Source of the DNA: Schmidtea polychroa
Lineage: Eukaryota
NCBI GenBank assembly: GCA_044892525.1
Contig: CM097885.1
Location: 21,392,001-21,456,000 of the forward strand
Direction: 5' to 3'
Length of the DNA stretch: 64,000 nucleotides
The translations under genes and the position numbers were made by a program. This document shows positions 39,801-50,147 of the stretch, piece after piece (the first letter of the stretch is position 1; each line of letters opens with the position of its first letter). The notes beneath the pieces are model-generated. The model was not told the origin of the DNA and did no database searches. It was given only the letters and a program-made list of their open reading frames with translations.

Positions 39801-41318
39801 CTTTCAACACCTAAAGATTCTCCAATAGGTTACTTTGTAGAATGTGACTTATTATATCCAGATGATATAAAATCAGGAACAAGATATTTCCTTTTAGCTC
39901 CTGTAAGAAGAAAGATTAATGTTAACGAACGTTCTGAATGGCAAATCTCACAAGATAAACCTCCAACAATGAAACTTCTTTGTGATCAAACAGATCGAAC
40001 TTATTATCTTTGTCACTATAGACTCCTCCAATTTTATCTTTCACGAGGTATGATATTAAAAAAAGTTCATAGTGTCATAAGATTTAAACAAGCTCCATTC
40101 GTGAAAGTTTTTATAGAAGAAAACATTAGGTGTCGAAACATTGCAAAAAGAGAAGGTAACCTTTTTAAAGATAATAATTATAAACTTTTAAACAATTCAG
40201 TCTTTGGGAAAACAATGGAGAATGTTGATAAATATACTCATATAGAACTTTTAACTAATACTCATAAAGATATTAAGCGTTATAATCGTATGCTAGGAAA
40301 GCCTACATTTAAAAACGCACAAGTATTTTCTGAAAGTCTTACTGCAGTAGAACTAAAGAATTTTGAGAAAACATACAACAAACCAATATTTATAGGGTTT
40401 TCAATTTTAGAACTTTCAAAATTACAAATGTATGAAACATATTATAACATCTTACAACCTATATATGGTTCTAATATATCACTGCATGCAATGGATACAG
40501 ATTCAATGTTTTTAACAATAAGAACTCATGATTTACAAAGAGATATAGCTGAAAATCCTATACTTTCAAATTTAATAAATTCATCTGGAGAACTATTTTC
40601 ATTTAAAGATGAAAAACCTTTTACTCCTATAGAAAATGGGATATTTATTCGTGCTAAACAATATTCATACGAAACATTTACAAATCCTAAATTTGAAACC
40701 CGAGAAATTATATTTAAAACTCCAGAAAAAGAGGAAATTATTTCATTTAAATATCCTATATTCCCTAATGAAGAAAAACCTGTAAAGGATAACAGATGTA
40801 AAGGAATACAGAAATCAGTTGCAAAGAATCTTTCTCATCAAGATTATATAGATACATTAAACCCAGGTCATAAAGATAAAATTGATGAAATACATCAACT
40901 TAAAAGTGAAAACCATGATATTCACTTGATAGAATCTCAAAAAGTATCATTATCAAATTATGATGATAAAAGATTCATCCTAAGTGATTTAAAGACAACT
41001 CTACCTATAGGAAATAATTTAATCCCTATAATAAAAAATCTTGCTAGTTTGAATAAGTTATATGATACAAAGATTACTGATCTTGATATTTATAATGTTG
41101 AAATCATTTATCCCGAGAGAGAAATCGAGAAGCCTTTATATTCTCAAGTTTTTAATCCTATATGTTTAGAACTTAAATATTTTAATACTGAAGGATTATC
41201 AGATAAAGAATTTAAAGATCATAAAAAGGTTCTAAAAATTAAATTCGAAAAGTTTAAAGATCATAAAGAGGTTCTAAAAATTAAATTCGAAAAGTTAACA
41301 TCAGATTCTATCAAATGA
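36843..41318 (+). CDS. Protein-primed DNA polymerase B with N-terminal zinc fingers
   Basis: 1491 aa; C2H2 motifs, NNDNKCFIWSILA, YGDFES, FHNLFGYD, KGIYPY, RGG, DATALYS, KLLNNSVFGK, MDTDS, DDKR. Confidence 0.95.
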   Translation: MKTEYPIKNFFLKMNCNICNKVFKNKTGLISHLKSKAHLLKENNLNDTNSKLCPKCKGRFLHSGYNKHFENCIGKNREIFTCPHCNFSTKLNFYYLEHIKECKNKKQNSDDEECHSEGEPDHVEREKYNWDNFNHIDEFQLKINGPATPVEYINKNKKNIKNSFTEALKNYKPTRYNVIKYKIIIKAKYWRGAEEKTTPLDVEIGIPFKYLFSTKGFDKTIKEIIKAAEAKQEEVENELGDSNLVFNSFQTLVIDYWRGLPPNPKSYIPTPFKSKNVINIQNNDNKCFIWSILAHLHPQESNPQRVSKYKQYENELIFPKGFKHPMKLEDIPEFESLNNLKINIYERVKGKHVNSREIIPIYISDSGTNGNEVQENTREIYLLILEQQNNQHYVLIKNFQAFTSPEDPTSGGGTCKRCLHYSTIKNSMIKHTRFCEKDEPALINMPKDPKMHFKNFSNLLQTVGVLYGDFESINRKQDLVKQYLKIIEKNKLMDSWNSSGEKMKPERMKAFLRKRNKPNSVKKTKQLPSAYKLLFKSNYPELIESREYTFQGISETEVLNHFTKNINDLEHEIFKVLKTKYEINFSIEQLEEYENSSNCWMCKPPFEDQLLEEPPNNETIEEEEQRMFHERQSSNIKVPDHDHLKKENNYRGAAHKNYNLNCHTPKFVPVIFHNLFGYDIHLFIKHLAENAKNSFKVIGLTKEKYKSVEYGKLKFIDSLNFFQMSLDAIAKTLKPEKFKIARKFLEINNIPPEEYPTCLAKGIYPYDYVESFERYNETSLPSQEDFSSQLQKYHITDQEYSRANKMWELFKCKTLGEYTSMYLSLDVYILADCFEEFTKSFVLKPYNYITAPSLAWDTLLYTIWTSNIEESDKIIDLLTNLDMFNQIKTNIRGGVSSVMWNREIKARNAITTSRMLSKTSDPYIKLNNEGLKELLETMKNLLFILYIDATALYSGIMTQYLPMSDFHEIYSEDSSEESLKDLMKEILSTPKDSPIGYFVECDLLYPDDIKSGTRYFLLAPVRRKINVNERSEWQISQDKPPTMKLLCDQTDRTYYLCHYRLLQFYLSRGMILKKVHSVIRFKQAPFVKVFIEENIRCRNIAKREGNLFKDNNYKLLNNSVFGKTMENVDKYTHIELLTNTHKDIKRYNRMLGKPTFKNAQVFSESLTAVELKNFEKTYNKPIFIGFSILELSKLQMYETYYNILQPIYGSNISLHAMDTDSMFLTIRTHDLQRDIAENPILSNLINSSGELFSFKDEKPFTPIENGIFIRAKQYSYETFTNPKFETREIIFKTPEKEEIISFKYPIFPNEEKPVKDNRCKGIQKSVAKNLSHQDYIDTLNPGHKDKIDEIHQLKSENHDIHLIESQKVSLSNYDDKRFILSDLKTTLPIGNNLIPIIKNLASLNKLYDTKITDLDIYNVEIIYPEREIEKPLYSQVFNPICLELKYFNTEGLSDKEFKDHKKVLKIKFEKFKDHKEVLKIKFEKLTSDSIK

Positions 41319-41423
41319 TTTTTTTCTTTTAAAAATGTCAACAATTAATTTAAGAGTGACAACATCAACCTTTTGAAGGGCAATAAATTTTTTTAAATAA
41401 TCATCCATTTTAGTATGAAGTTT

Positions 41424-42023
41424 TTATGTATGATTCTTTAACCACTTCTCTCGTTTAATTTTTTTAGAATATTCATTAGTTATAACATTAGCACTTTTTA
41501 ATCTATTAATATTATTTTTAATATCTTGTATTATTTGATTTGATTTCATTATTTCTTCGTCTGTCAGGATTCCATCTTCTAAAGCTTTCAATTGAAATAA
41601 AAATAATTTTGATATTCCTAATTCTATTGATAAACAAACTTCTCTATATAAACTTTTCTTTTTAGAAGTATAAGATAAAGAAACTATTTCAGTTAAGAAA
41701 CCATCAGCTACTGAAATACTTCCAAGTATTACAGGTGCAATTGTTAAAACTGGTAAAGTTATAGGTAAAATAACTGTTAATATTGCAGATGCAAATCCTA
41801 AAGAATAACCTATAACTTTTAAAACTGTATTCCCTTTATTCCATCTATTTTTAATTTTTTTATAATGTTTTAATAAATCTTGTAAATGTAATGCTTCTGA
41901 TTTAAATTCTTTTACTCTCATAATTTCAAGTTCTGTGAGAGCTGAAGGCTTGGGACCTTTGGAAGAATAATATCCTGATGATCTCAATTCTGGATAAATT
42001 TTTTCTTCTCTTACTTCTTCCAT
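41424..42023 (-). CDS. Small membrane protein with central hydrophobic hairpin, of a type seen in Polintons/adintoviruses
   Basis: Hydrophobic stretch VIGYSLG...VILGSISV followed by KALEDGILTDEE. Confidence 0.6.
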   Translation of the reverse strand: MEEVREEKIYPELRSSGYYSSKGPKPSALTELEIMRVKEFKSEALHLQDLLKHYKKIKNRWNKGNTVLKVIGYSLGFASAILTVILPITLPVLTIAPVILGSISVADGFLTEIVSLSYTSKKKSLYREVCLSIELGISKLFLFQLKALEDGILTDEEIMKSNQIIQDIKNNINRLKSANVITNEYSKKIKREKWLKNHT

Positions 42024-42031
42024 TTTAATAA

Positions 42032-42840
42032 TTAAAAAAATAAGACTTTATTCTTTTGAGCACCATCTGGCACCAATACTCGGATATCAAAAGAAACTCT
42101 TGTTGAGAGAATATCTTTATACAATTCCATCAATGCTTTACGAATTTCATCAACATCAACCTTTTTTTCATAAAATATTAAATCTATATAATCCACAAGT
42201 GTGCTTTTAAAAATAATATTCTTACTTTTAACTTTATGTAGTCCATGTGAATGAGTATTAACATACCAATCTCCGTGTGGTAAATCATAACTAGTCATTA
42301 TAACATCACCCTTTTCAAGCTTACTATTATAATCACATTTCACAAACCATTTCATTCTTTCATTATCATCATCAAACAAAAAGAAATAAGGATCAATAAT
42401 CTTTACAACCATAAAAAAACCCCATTCTTTACTGTTTGTTGTTATTAAACTTGGTTCTATAAAATGTTTATATGTATGGGGTAATAATGTTTTATTCTGT
42501 TCTAATTCAGCAGCTCTTTTTCTAATACTATGTGTGGCGTTAATGTGTGTTCCATGAGACTCTAAATTTGAAATTCTTTTATTAAATGATGTAATCATCT
42601 CATTTATTATATTATATATTGTATTAAATTTAGTATTCATAATTTGTTTAACTTTAGAATTTAATATGCTAGTATTTAACTTTACAACTTGTTCAGTTAA
42701 CAGACTTTGTAACTTGTCAAATTTATCATTAAATCGTTGTTCGATATTATTAAGCTTTGATTCTATTGAATCAATTCTTGTTGTTGTTAAATCAGTATAT
42801 TTTTTATTAACTGCGTCAGAATCATCAGTTGGAACAGATA
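42032..42840 (-). pseudogene. 5'-truncated fibre-like coiled-coil protein
   Basis: The frame stays open upstream of ATG 42640: VPTDDSDAVNKKYTD followed by heptads. Confidence 0.5.
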
Positions 42841-43092
42841 AATCCCAAAAGAATCAAAGTATATAGATTTATTATATATACAAACCCAATGAGATCCTTT
42901 CTCATTTGAATTTTGATAATTGATTATTATATTCTGGGGACTCCGTCTAAGGGGAGTACCTCCAATTTTATATAATTCATCGTTCATTAATATTTTAATT
43001 TTTAAATTTAAATAATCTGCATAATCTTTTAAATCAAAATTTGTTTTTGCATTTATTCCAAATGTTTTTAAAAAATCTAATATTGAAGCCAT
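42840..43092 (-). pseudogene. Adenain-like cysteine protease, N-terminal half
   Basis: IINY..GSHWVCI..IYFDSFG (His and Asp present); the catalytic Gln/Cys segment is absent. Confidence 0.85.
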
Positions 43093-43100
43093 TTTGTATT

Positions 43101-43940
43101 TTATAACTTCGTATACTTATTAAATTTATCTTTTGAAATTATTCCTTGTTTTAACAAATCTTTAGAAATCTTTAAAATATCAGAATCTAAATTATAATGT
43201 CCTGCTTTTTTAGCTGCTAATAGTTTTCTTAATTCAATAAAAAGATTTATAGGGTTGAGGCCTTCTCCTTCAATGATTTGAATTTGAGGGCCTGTTTTAT
43301 CTCTATCTTTATATTTCTTTAAATCTTGAATATGTTTTGCTTTAGGGCTACCATTTATTAATTTTATTAAGTTTAAATATTTATCAATTTCTTCATTCTT
43401 GACACCATCTGGAATATATCCAGAAATTAATCCATGAAAATCATCTGAAAGTTCAATGTCAACACGCTCTCTATTCATAAAAGTATTTGTTGAAATAATC
43501 GATGGATTATTTTCTGAATTTAAATATATATAAAATTTTTGATTATTAATTGTTATTGTTTGAAAACCTCTAGGATCATAACCTATAGTAGGTATAATTG
43601 ATGGAGCTAGTGATGTATTAATTTTAAAATTAATTGGAGTCTTATGAGGTGTTAATCTTGAAAGAAATTCATCTTCTTCTAAATCAATATTATTTCTACG
43701 TTTTTTTCCTACTAATCTTAGTAATTCCTTTTTAGGGGCTTCTATAGCTTTATGTTCGGGGGTTAGAGGAGCTTCTATAGTTTTAAGTCCCTCTATAGCT
43801 TTAATTGTTGGTCCTTGTTGTTGTTGGATTACCTCATTTAATATTATAGATTCAGTTTGTTGAGTTGTATCTTTTTTATTATACTTGTTTTGTTCTGATT
43901 GTAATTTTTTTAAAAGTGCTAATCTTTCTTCATATACCAT
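43101..43940 (-). CDS. Polinton hypothetical protein
   Basis: 279 aa intact ORF, AAAATG start, GEGL...LLAAKKAGH C-terminal motif. Confidence 0.7.
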   Translation of the reverse strand: MVYEERLALLKKLQSEQNKYNKKDTTQQTESIILNEVIQQQQGPTIKAIEGLKTIEAPLTPEHKAIEAPKKELLRLVGKKRRNNIDLEEDEFLSRLTPHKTPINFKINTSLAPSIIPTIGYDPRGFQTITINNQKFYIYLNSENNPSIISTNTFMNRERVDIELSDDFHGLISGYIPDGVKNEEIDKYLNLIKLINGSPKAKHIQDLKKYKDRDKTGPQIQIIEGEGLNPINLFIELRKLLAAKKAGHYNLDSDILKISKDLLKQGIISKDKFNKYTKL

Positions 43941-43962
43941 TTTAATGGTATTAAAAATGGTA

Positions 43963-44520
43963 TCATTGTTCCTTCCAAGGTTTTAAATACAATCCTTTAC
44001 CACTATTCTGTGGAGTTCCTCCAATTTTACAAATACACCCATTCTTTAAAGATTTACATATTTTTTTAAAATCATCTTTATCTTTTGATGATAAAGATTC
44101 AGATGTTGAAATTTGATTTTTTAAAAAATCATTTAAACCTCTGCCTTTATATGGATCAAGATAGAGACCTTTGCCCTGATATGGATTAAGATAGAGACCT
44201 TTTCCTTTAGCTTGCCCTACCTTCATTTTCTCGATTTCAGTTTGTAATTTTTCTTTTTCTAGGTCTGTCTTTTGAGATTCTCTAGCTTTTTGAACTGTAG
44301 TTGCAATTCCTCCAGCTATTCCAGCAGCACCTGATAGTCCAGCAATGATTGCAGGTATTAAAACACCTAATGGAAGAATACCACCTTCTTTAGCCGAAGA
44401 CATACGTTCTTTAACTTGTTCTTTTACATGTTTTCCAATAAAATATTTCTTACCATCAATTACTACTGATTTATTTTTATTTGAATTTATTAATTATTGC
44501 AAAGATTCTTCAGTTGTCAT
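43963..44520 (-). pseudogene. Adenovirus pX-like virion precursor with GxGLYL repeats; TAA at codon 9
   Basis: EGGILPLGVLIPAIIAGL..AGIA; GKGLYL x3; the duplicate starting at 48841 has GAA at this codon. Confidence 0.65.
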
Positions 44521-44535
44521 TTTATAATAAACAAA

Positions 44536-45327
44536 ATGGATATTTGGAAACCAATTTTAAATAGACATAAGAGTAAATTTAATAATAAAGTATTTCCTGA
44601 TAATTTTAGATTATTAATTGTTGGTTCTTCTGGATGTGGAAAGAATGTACTTGTTTTGAGAATGTTACTTGAAGATGATTTTTTAGATTATAATAATTTA
44701 ATCTTTTACTCTACAACCATAAATCAACCAGAATTACAACTTTTGAAATGTGGATTTGAAAATAAATTAACTAAAAAAGCTATAATTGATATTTTTAAAA
44801 ATCAACATAGTAGTCCTGAAGAAGTTTTTCAACCTTGTGATATGGTTGATTGGTATAAGGAAAAGATTTTAGAATCAGATATTAGTAATAAAAATGATTA
44901 CATCTGTGAAGATGAGGGGGAGGGGATTCAGGTTTTATTCTCTAATAAACCTGAAGATGTTTTACATTGTGATTTACTTCCTAAAGATAAAAAGAATCTA
45001 GTTATATTTGATGATGTTGTCAACATGAAAAATCAAGAGATTCAAAAGAGTTACTTTACAAGAGGAAGACATAATAATTGTAATGTTATTTATATATCTC
45101 AAACATATTATGCTTTAGATAAAAACTCTATAAGAAATAATTCCAATTGTTTTATATTTTTTAAATTAGATCGCCGTGATAAGAATATGATTTATAATGA
45201 TTTATTTTCAAATGTTGAACCTGATAAGAATATGTTTGATATGTTTGTTGATAATCATTGGAGAGAAAAATATAATTATATTTATTTGGATAGAGAAGAA
45301 GCTGAAATATGGAAAAGTTTGTTTTAG
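44536..45327 (+). CDS. A32/FtsK-like DNA packaging ATPase
   Basis: Walker A GSSGCGKN, Walker B VIFDD, FTRGRHNN, YISQ, IRNN. Confidence 0.92.
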   Translation: MDIWKPILNRHKSKFNNKVFPDNFRLLIVGSSGCGKNVLVLRMLLEDDFLDYNNLIFYSTTINQPELQLLKCGFENKLTKKAIIDIFKNQHSSPEEVFQPCDMVDWYKEKILESDISNKNDYICEDEGEGIQVLFSNKPEDVLHCDLLPKDKKNLVIFDDVVNMKNQEIQKSYFTRGRHNNCNVIYISQTYYALDKNSIRNNSNCFIFFKLDRRDKNMIYNDLFSNVEPDKNMFDMFVDNHWREKYNYIYLDREEAEIWKSLF

Positions 45328-45338
45328 GGCTTGTCGAC

Positions 45339-46235
45339 TTAAAAATCTGTTTTCTGTAACTCATTATTATAAAATCTACCTAATATTTTTTCATTATTTA
45401 AATCAATGATGCTATATGTTATTGGAGTTGTATAATGTATTTTATTTATAATAAAAATTTCATTTGTCCATTTTGCTGTGAATCCTTTTTCAAATTTATT
45501 TTTGTATTTAAATATTCTTACTCGTTCACCAATTTTAAACTTTGGTTTTTCAATAACATCATTTTCAACAGGATTCATGAGTTCCAAAGGATTCAAGGAA
45601 GCATTTAAAGGTGTTGATTTTATAGAACTATGTACATCATTATTATATTCATTTACAATCTTTTGTAACAATTCATTGTTCCATTTTTGTTTTCCAATAG
45701 CAGTAAAATATTTCCACATTTTATTTTTTAATGTTCTATTTAATCTTTCAACCACAACTGCTTTTCCTTCGTTTTCTGTTGAATATAATTTAATATCATT
45801 TTCATTTAAAAACTTTGTAAAAACTTTGTTATAAAATTCTGTTCCTTTATCACACCATAAATATTTTGGAATTCTTTGATGTTGTTCAAATATATTTTCA
45901 AATGCTTCTGTAATAGAATATCCTGTTTTATTTTCTAAACATCTTGCAAAAGCAAATCTTGTATATAAATCTATTACTGTTAAAATTATTTTATATTTTT
46001 CAGGGTCTGATGATTTGGTTGGCATAAAGACTAAATCTGCAGACCATGTTTGATCTTTTTCATGTACTTGAACTTTTAAATATTTTTTATTTTTTCTAAA
46101 TTCATGGTGTAATTCGTTGGCATATTTTATTTCTGATTCTGTTGGGGTTTGTAAACTAGTCTTGGATATATTCTCGAGGGATCTTTCAATGTCTGCTTGT
46201 TCGAGGATCTTTTTATTAGCAACATCTTTTGCTAT
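45339..46235 (-). CDS. Retroviral-type (rve) integrase, in frame with the upstream PLA2-like ORF
   Basis: ELH, WSADL, VIDLYTR, CDKGTEF, VERLNRTLK, HSSIKSTP, FEKGFTAKWT; no chromodomain. Confidence 0.92.
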   Translation of the reverse strand: MAKDVANKKILEQADIERSLENISKTSLQTPTESEIKYANELHHEFRKNKKYLKVQVHEKDQTWSADLVFMPTKSSDPEKYKIILTVIDLYTRFAFARCLENKTGYSITEAFENIFEQHQRIPKYLWCDKGTEFYNKVFTKFLNENDIKLYSTENEGKAVVVERLNRTLKNKMWKYFTAIGKQKWNNELLQKIVNEYNNDVHSSIKSTPLNASLNPLELMNPVENDVIEKPKFKIGERVRIFKYKNKFEKGFTAKWTNEIFIINKIHYTTPITYSIIDLNNEKILGRFYNNELQKTDF

Positions 46236-46736
46236 TTAGGGAAGTCTTGCATCCATAGGAAGTCCTGCTCCTATGAAAATCTTACCTTTCATTGCTAATT
46301 TAACTAGAGCTCTTTGAATCTTTTCTTGGGTTGATGGATTTTGGATATTATTTAAATCATGTATTAAATTAACATCAGCAACATGTCTATCTCTAAGATC
46401 CTCTGAGTTGTAAGCAATATCATGTTTTAAAGCTGCTTGATCAATTCTATTTATTGGTTCTTCTCCTTGTTTAGGATTATTATTTTCATCTAATCTAATA
46501 TCTAATCTTGTTTCTGGTCCGGTATAGTTGTGTTTAAATAAATGTCTTTCACCTGGATATTTTTCTGTAGTAAAAGGTTTTAATATTGAAGATGTTGTTT
46601 TTGAAGATTGCATGTCACCTCCTGTTCGTGTAATATCGACTCCTATATGTTTTTTAGTTTTTAAATGACTTGCTTTATGATGTCTTGTAACTTGACAATT
46701 ACAACTTTCACATCTCCAATATTTATTTAAAGACAT
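46236..46736 (-). CDS. Zinc finger plus parvovirus-type phospholipase A2-like domain
   Basis: CESCNC..HLKTKKH; HNYTGP...PINRIDQAALKHDIAY...RHVAD. Confidence 0.85.
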   Translation of the reverse strand: MSLNKYWRCESCNCQVTRHHKASHLKTKKHIGVDITRTGGDMQSSKTTSSILKPFTTEKYPGERHLFKHNYTGPETRLDIRLDENNNPKQGEEPINRIDQAALKHDIAYNSEDLRDRHVADVNLIHDLNNIQNPSTQEKIQRALVKLAMKGKIFIGAGLPMDARLP

Positions 46737-46753
46737 TTTAAAATGTTAAAATA

Positions 46754-48046
46754 TTAAGAATCTCCCCTAACATTTTCAATAATTGAAATCTTTCCACCAT
46801 ATAATTTCATTTCTATTTTCTTTTCTTCTAATATTAATGTATATACTTTAGCTTTGAAATTAGAATCCTTTGTTACATGAAGTGTAACATCAACATTATT
46901 TATGGCTAGGCGATCATCTTGGTCTGAAACATTTATACAAAATATAGAATATAAATTTTTGAAATCTTCTAAACTTAATTGCGGTTCAACTTTGAAATCA
47001 TAACATGTTTCAATATAATTTAGATATGGGAATATGTTTTCATTATTTTCAATATTAAATTCCATTCTATTTATTGGATAATAAGAACTATTTAATTGAA
47101 TTTGGATTGTTTTTAAATTATCATCTCCAATCTTTTGAATAAACAAGTTGTTATTTTTTTGGAAAGATGAATCTACTTCTTTGAATCCAATCAAGATATA
47201 TCTTGGTCGGTATGCTAAATTTGCTACCTTTATAGAATATGTTGAACCCTCTGTCATACTAAATTCACTACAGATTCTATTTAAATAATTTACATTTATA
47301 GATTTGTTGGAATTTAATCTTTCAAGGAGTTTGATTTCGGAATGTGGGTTTAATGTCCATTCAGGTATATGTAATTCAAGTGTTGATAATTTTAATTTAG
47401 CTTTTGTATCTGCAGCTCCATAGAACAATCTTTTATCACCTTCTACTCTATTACAAACTAATTCTATAAAAACATTATGAAGTATACGATTATAGTTTTG
47501 AAGGAATCCAAACAAGTGTTTTAATTCAAAATAACCTTCAAATTTTTTAGATTTATAAAGTTCAGCTCTTTTATAATAACCATAATTTATATCTAAACCA
47601 TCTTTATCTAAATCCCCTTTATTAGTGTCAGGAATCCAACCTGTTAATTCCCCATATTCATTTTTATAGTCACAACCAGTTAAAATAAAATTTAACATTG
47701 TAGAATATACTCCTGGATGTAAAACAGTTTCAATTTCTGATGATCCTAGTTTTAATCTCATGTTGGAGAATAAATTTGGAAAGAAATTATTTTCTAGGGT
47801 TATATCTTTGTTTGCTTCAATTTCTAATTCAATTTTATAATATAATTTGGCATTACAAATATCTATTGGGTTTGATGTTTGAAGAGATTGAAAAACTATA
47901 TCACCCCTACGATTTAAGTTTGCAATAGATCCTGAAGTTGGTGAGATTTTAAGTACATCATTTTTCTTGATTTCATGAGTAAATTCTTTATTATAATCAA
48001 GATTTAATTTATTTTTTTCTTGAATTTTAAGATTTATATTATTCAT
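46754..48046 (-). CDS. Probable major capsid protein (double jelly-roll)
   Basis: 430 aa beta-rich ORF with NNFFPNLFS..L.LG, RPRYILIGF and YYP patterns; assigned from size, pattern and context. Confidence 0.7.
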   Translation of the reverse strand: MNNINLKIQEKNKLNLDYNKEFTHEIKKNDVLKISPTSGSIANLNRRGDIVFQSLQTSNPIDICNAKLYYKIELEIEANKDITLENNFFPNLFSNMRLKLGSSEIETVLHPGVYSTMLNFILTGCDYKNEYGELTGWIPDTNKGDLDKDGLDINYGYYKRAELYKSKKFEGYFELKHLFGFLQNYNRILHNVFIELVCNRVEGDKRLFYGAADTKAKLKLSTLELHIPEWTLNPHSEIKLLERLNSNKSINVNYLNRICSEFSMTEGSTYSIKVANLAYRPRYILIGFKEVDSSFQKNNNLFIQKIGDDNLKTIQIQLNSSYYPINRMEFNIENNENIFPYLNYIETCYDFKVEPQLSLEDFKNLYSIFCINVSDQDDRLAINNVDVTLHVTKDSNFKAKVYTLILEEKKIEMKLYGGKISIIENVRGDS

Positions 48047-48073
48047 TTTTATAATAAAAATTTTAAAAATGAC

Positions 48074-48601
48074 AAAAATCCAAACCCAGATAGCGCAGTG
48101 GGCTAGACTGGCACAGTGGTTCAAATAGATAGCGGTTCAAATCATATCTGAGGTTAGTTTTTTTTCAACATAAAATAATATTAAAAATTTGAAAATAATA
48201 TTGTGGGTATCTTAAATTTATATTTTATTTTATTTATTTTTATTTTATTTTATATATTTTATTTTATTTTTTAAACATAAATATGAAAAAAAATTATTGA
48301 AACGGGTGTGATGGTGAACCGGTAATTATCGCCATCAGTCTTTCGAACACACCCCGGATCGATTCTTTAATGTGCACATTTATTTCTCAGTTGTTTTCGG
48401 ACCTCTTTCGGATTCACTTTCGAATTCATTTGTACTTTCGAGCAGCACGCTTAAAACGCCGATGAAATCGTATTCGAGCGAGAAGCGAATAATAAGGTGT
48501 GCTGCTATTATCGAATTGATTCTGATGTATGAGTCTGGCCAGCTTGTATATTGGAAGAGATTCGATAAACGAAAGAGGTTGAATAAAAAATGATCCGGAT
48601 C
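48074..48601. repeat. Internal partial TIR copy (includes Pol III-type unit 48084-48165, + strand)
   Basis: Matches 50148-50676. Confidence 0.9.
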
Positions 48602-50147
48602 TCTAGCTTTTTGAACTGTAGTTGCAATTCCTCCAGCTATTCCAGCAGCACCTGATAGTCCAGCAATGATTGCAGGTATTAAAACACCTAATGGAAGAAT
48701 ACCACCTTCTTTAGCCGAAGACATACGTTCTTTAACTTGTTCTTTTACATGTTTTCCAATAAAATATTTCTTACCATCAATTACTACTGATTTATTTTTA
48801 TTTGAATTTATTAATTCTTGCAAAGATTCTTCAGTTGTCATTTTATAATAAACAAAATGGATATTTGGAAACCAATTTTAAATAGACATAAGAGTAAATT
48901 TAATAATAAAGTATTTCCTGATAATTTTAGATTATTAATTGTTGGTTCTTCTGGATGTGGAAAGAATGTACTTGTTTTGAGAATGTTACTTGAAGATGAT
49001 TTTTTAGATTATAATAATTTAATCTTTTACTCTACAATCATAAATCAACCAGAATTACAACTTTTGAAATGTGGATTTGAAAATAAATTAACTAAAAAAG
49101 CTATAATTGATATTTTTAAAAATCAACATAGTAGTCCTGAAGAAGTTTTTCAACCTTGTGATATGGTTGATTGGTATAAGGAAAAGAATTTAGAATCAGA
49201 TATTAGTAATAAAAATGATTACATCTGTGAAGATGAGGGGAGGGGATTCAGGTTTTATTCTCTAATAAACCTGAAGATGTTTTACATTGTGATTTACTTC
49301 CTAAAGATAAAAAGAATCTAGTTATATTTGATGATGTTGTCAACATGAAAAATCAAGAGATTCAAAAGAGTTACTTTACAAGAGGAAGACATAATAATTG
49401 TAATGTTATTTATATATCTCAAACATATTATGCTTTAGATAAAAACTCTATAAGAAATAATTCCAATTGTTTTATATTTTTTAAATTAGATCGCCGTGAT
49501 AAGAATATGATTTATAATGATTTATTTTCAAATGTTGAACCTGATAAGAATATGTTTGATATGTTTGTTGATAATCATTGGAGAGAAAAATATAATTATA
49601 TTTATTTGGATAGAGAAGAAGCTGAAATATGGAAAAGTTTGTTTTAGGGCTTGTCGACTTAAAAATCTGTTTTCTGTAACTCATTATTATAAAATCTACC
49701 TAATATTTTTTCATTATTTAAATCAATGATGCTATATGTTATTGGAGTTGTATAATGTATTTTATTTATAATAAAAATTTCATTTGTCCATTTTGCTGTG
49801 AATCCTTTTTCAAATTTATTTTTGTATTTAAATATTCTTACTCGTTTGGAAAGAAAGAAATTATTTTCTAGGGTTATATCTTTGTTTGCTTCAATTTCTA
49901 ATTCAATTTTATAATATAATTTGGCATTACAAATATCTATTGGGTTTGATGTTTGAAGAGATTGAAAAACTATATCACCCCTACGATTTAAGTTTGCAAT
50001 AGATCCTGAAGTTGGTGAGATTTTAAGTACATCATTTTTCTTGATTTCATGAGTAAATTCTTTATTATAATCAAGATTTAATTTATTTTTTTCTTGAATT
50101 TTAAGATTTATATTATTCATTTTTATAATAAAAATTTTAAAAATGAC
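48602..50147. repeat. Direct duplication of 44281-45526 joined to 47775-48073
   Basis: Contains a frameshifted ATPase copy (G-run shortened near 49240) and an in-frame capsid-N/integrase-C chimera. Confidence 0.9.

Noticed and set aside
48084..48155. Bona fide tRNA gene
   Set aside because: A and B boxes are present but there is no anticodon arm or paired T stem; kept only as a Pol III-type unit.
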